IMG/VR virus record: IMGVR_UViG_3300037602_000023
Coordinates: 1 to 35,702 of that record
Strand: one strand, 5' to 3'
Length of the DNA: 35,702 nt
DNA from: a virus
Taxonomy: Duplodnaviria > Caudoviricetes
Shown: in pieces, positions 35,158 through 35,702 of the stretch
Position numbering within the stretch: position 1 is the first letter of the stretch
Layout: each line of letters opens with the position of its first letter
Program-made: the position numbers and the translations under genes
The notes under the pieces: model-generated
Database searches by the model: none
What the model was told of the DNA's origin: nothing
Seen by the model: the letters and a program-made list of their open reading frames with translations, nothing else

Positions 35158-35701
35158 TTTGGTGTTCCTTTGCTATTAACAAGATTGTTTCCTTATACAT
35201 CTCCCACCACTGGGCAGAAGTTTTACCGTCCATTTCAATAATTCGTTTGTTAGAAAATTTTTCCCACTGCTTGGTGGTATGAAATTCGCATCCTATTCTA
35301 ATGTGTTTGTCTGTTATTGTGATAGGGTACTTCATACCAATGATATTAATAGGAGACACCTCAGCATCACCATACACCTCAGCATCACCAGACACCCTAG
35401 CATCACCATACACCCTAGCATTGCCATACACCCTAGCATCACCATACACCCTAGCATTGCCATACACCTCAGCATCACCATACACCCTAGCATCACCAGA
35501 CACCTCAGCATCACCATACACCTCAGCATTGCCAGACACCTCAGCATCACCATACACCACAGCATTGCCATACACCCTAGCATTGCCATACACCCTAGCA
35601 TCACCATACACCCTAGCATCACCAGACACCCTAGCATCACCATACACCTCAGCATCACCAGACACCCTAGCATCACCAGACACCCTAGCATCACCATACA
35701 C
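35144..35701 (-). CDS. C-terminal part of the hexapeptide-repeat protein (continues from 402 across the join)
   Basis: GDARVY repeats, then YPITIT...IRIGCEFH...W C-terminal domain; frame continuous after removing the 127-bp overlap. Confidence 0.85.
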   Translation of the reverse strand: MYGDARVSGDARVSGDAEVYGDARVSGDARVYGDARVYGNARVYGNAVVYGDAEVSGNAEVYGDAEVSGDARVYGDAEVYGNARVYGDARVYGNARVYGDARVSGDAEVYGDAEVSPINIIGMKYPITITDKHIRIGCEFHTTKQWEKFSNKRIIEMDGKTSAQWWEMYKETILLIAKEHQNENN

Positions 35702-35702
35702 C
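35576..35702. repeat. second copy of the 127-bp terminal overlap
   Basis: Identical to 1-127. Confidence 0.9.

Noticed and set aside
35353-35702. CRISPR array or DGR variable repeat
   Set aside because: Contiguous coding tandem repeat without spacers; no reverse transcriptase or cas genes seen

Overview
This window is an apparently complete, circularly assembled tailed-phage genome. Bases 1-127 are identical to 35576-35702, so the unit length is about 35,575 bp; the join falls inside an 18-bp-repeat gene. The + strand from 10.3 to 30.8 kb is a T7-like podovirus morphogenesis module: TerS, GT-A glycosyltransferase, TerL, portal, scaffold, major capsid, tail tubular A/B, three internal virion proteins, tail fiber, tailspike, and lysis genes (M15A endolysin, 3TM holin). 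Most of the rest is on the - strand: Prim-Pol/AAA helicase, RecE-like exonuclease, HTH protein, Lar-like protein, C5 methyltransferase, PD-(D/E)XK nucleases and many small ORFs, plus an inverted RuvC-SSB pair. I see no RNA polymerase, DNA polymerase, integrase or recognisable CI repressor. The host is not determinable from sequence alone (weakly suggestive of a Gram-negative, possibly alphaproteobacterial host). Most notable: (1) a single-domain CheY-like receiver protein with a full phosphorylation site inside the lysis cassette; (2) a 126-nt tRNA-like RNA ending in ACCA whose unpaired segments are complementary to boxes in the next two intergenic regions; (3) a promoter-led, highly structured ~340-nt non-coding element at a GC-skew switch beside the primase gene; (4) a dense GGCC cluster in the first early genes; (5) a ~65-nt candidate sRNA between the methyltransferase and a nuclease. 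All product calls come from recognising motifs by eye; no searches were run.
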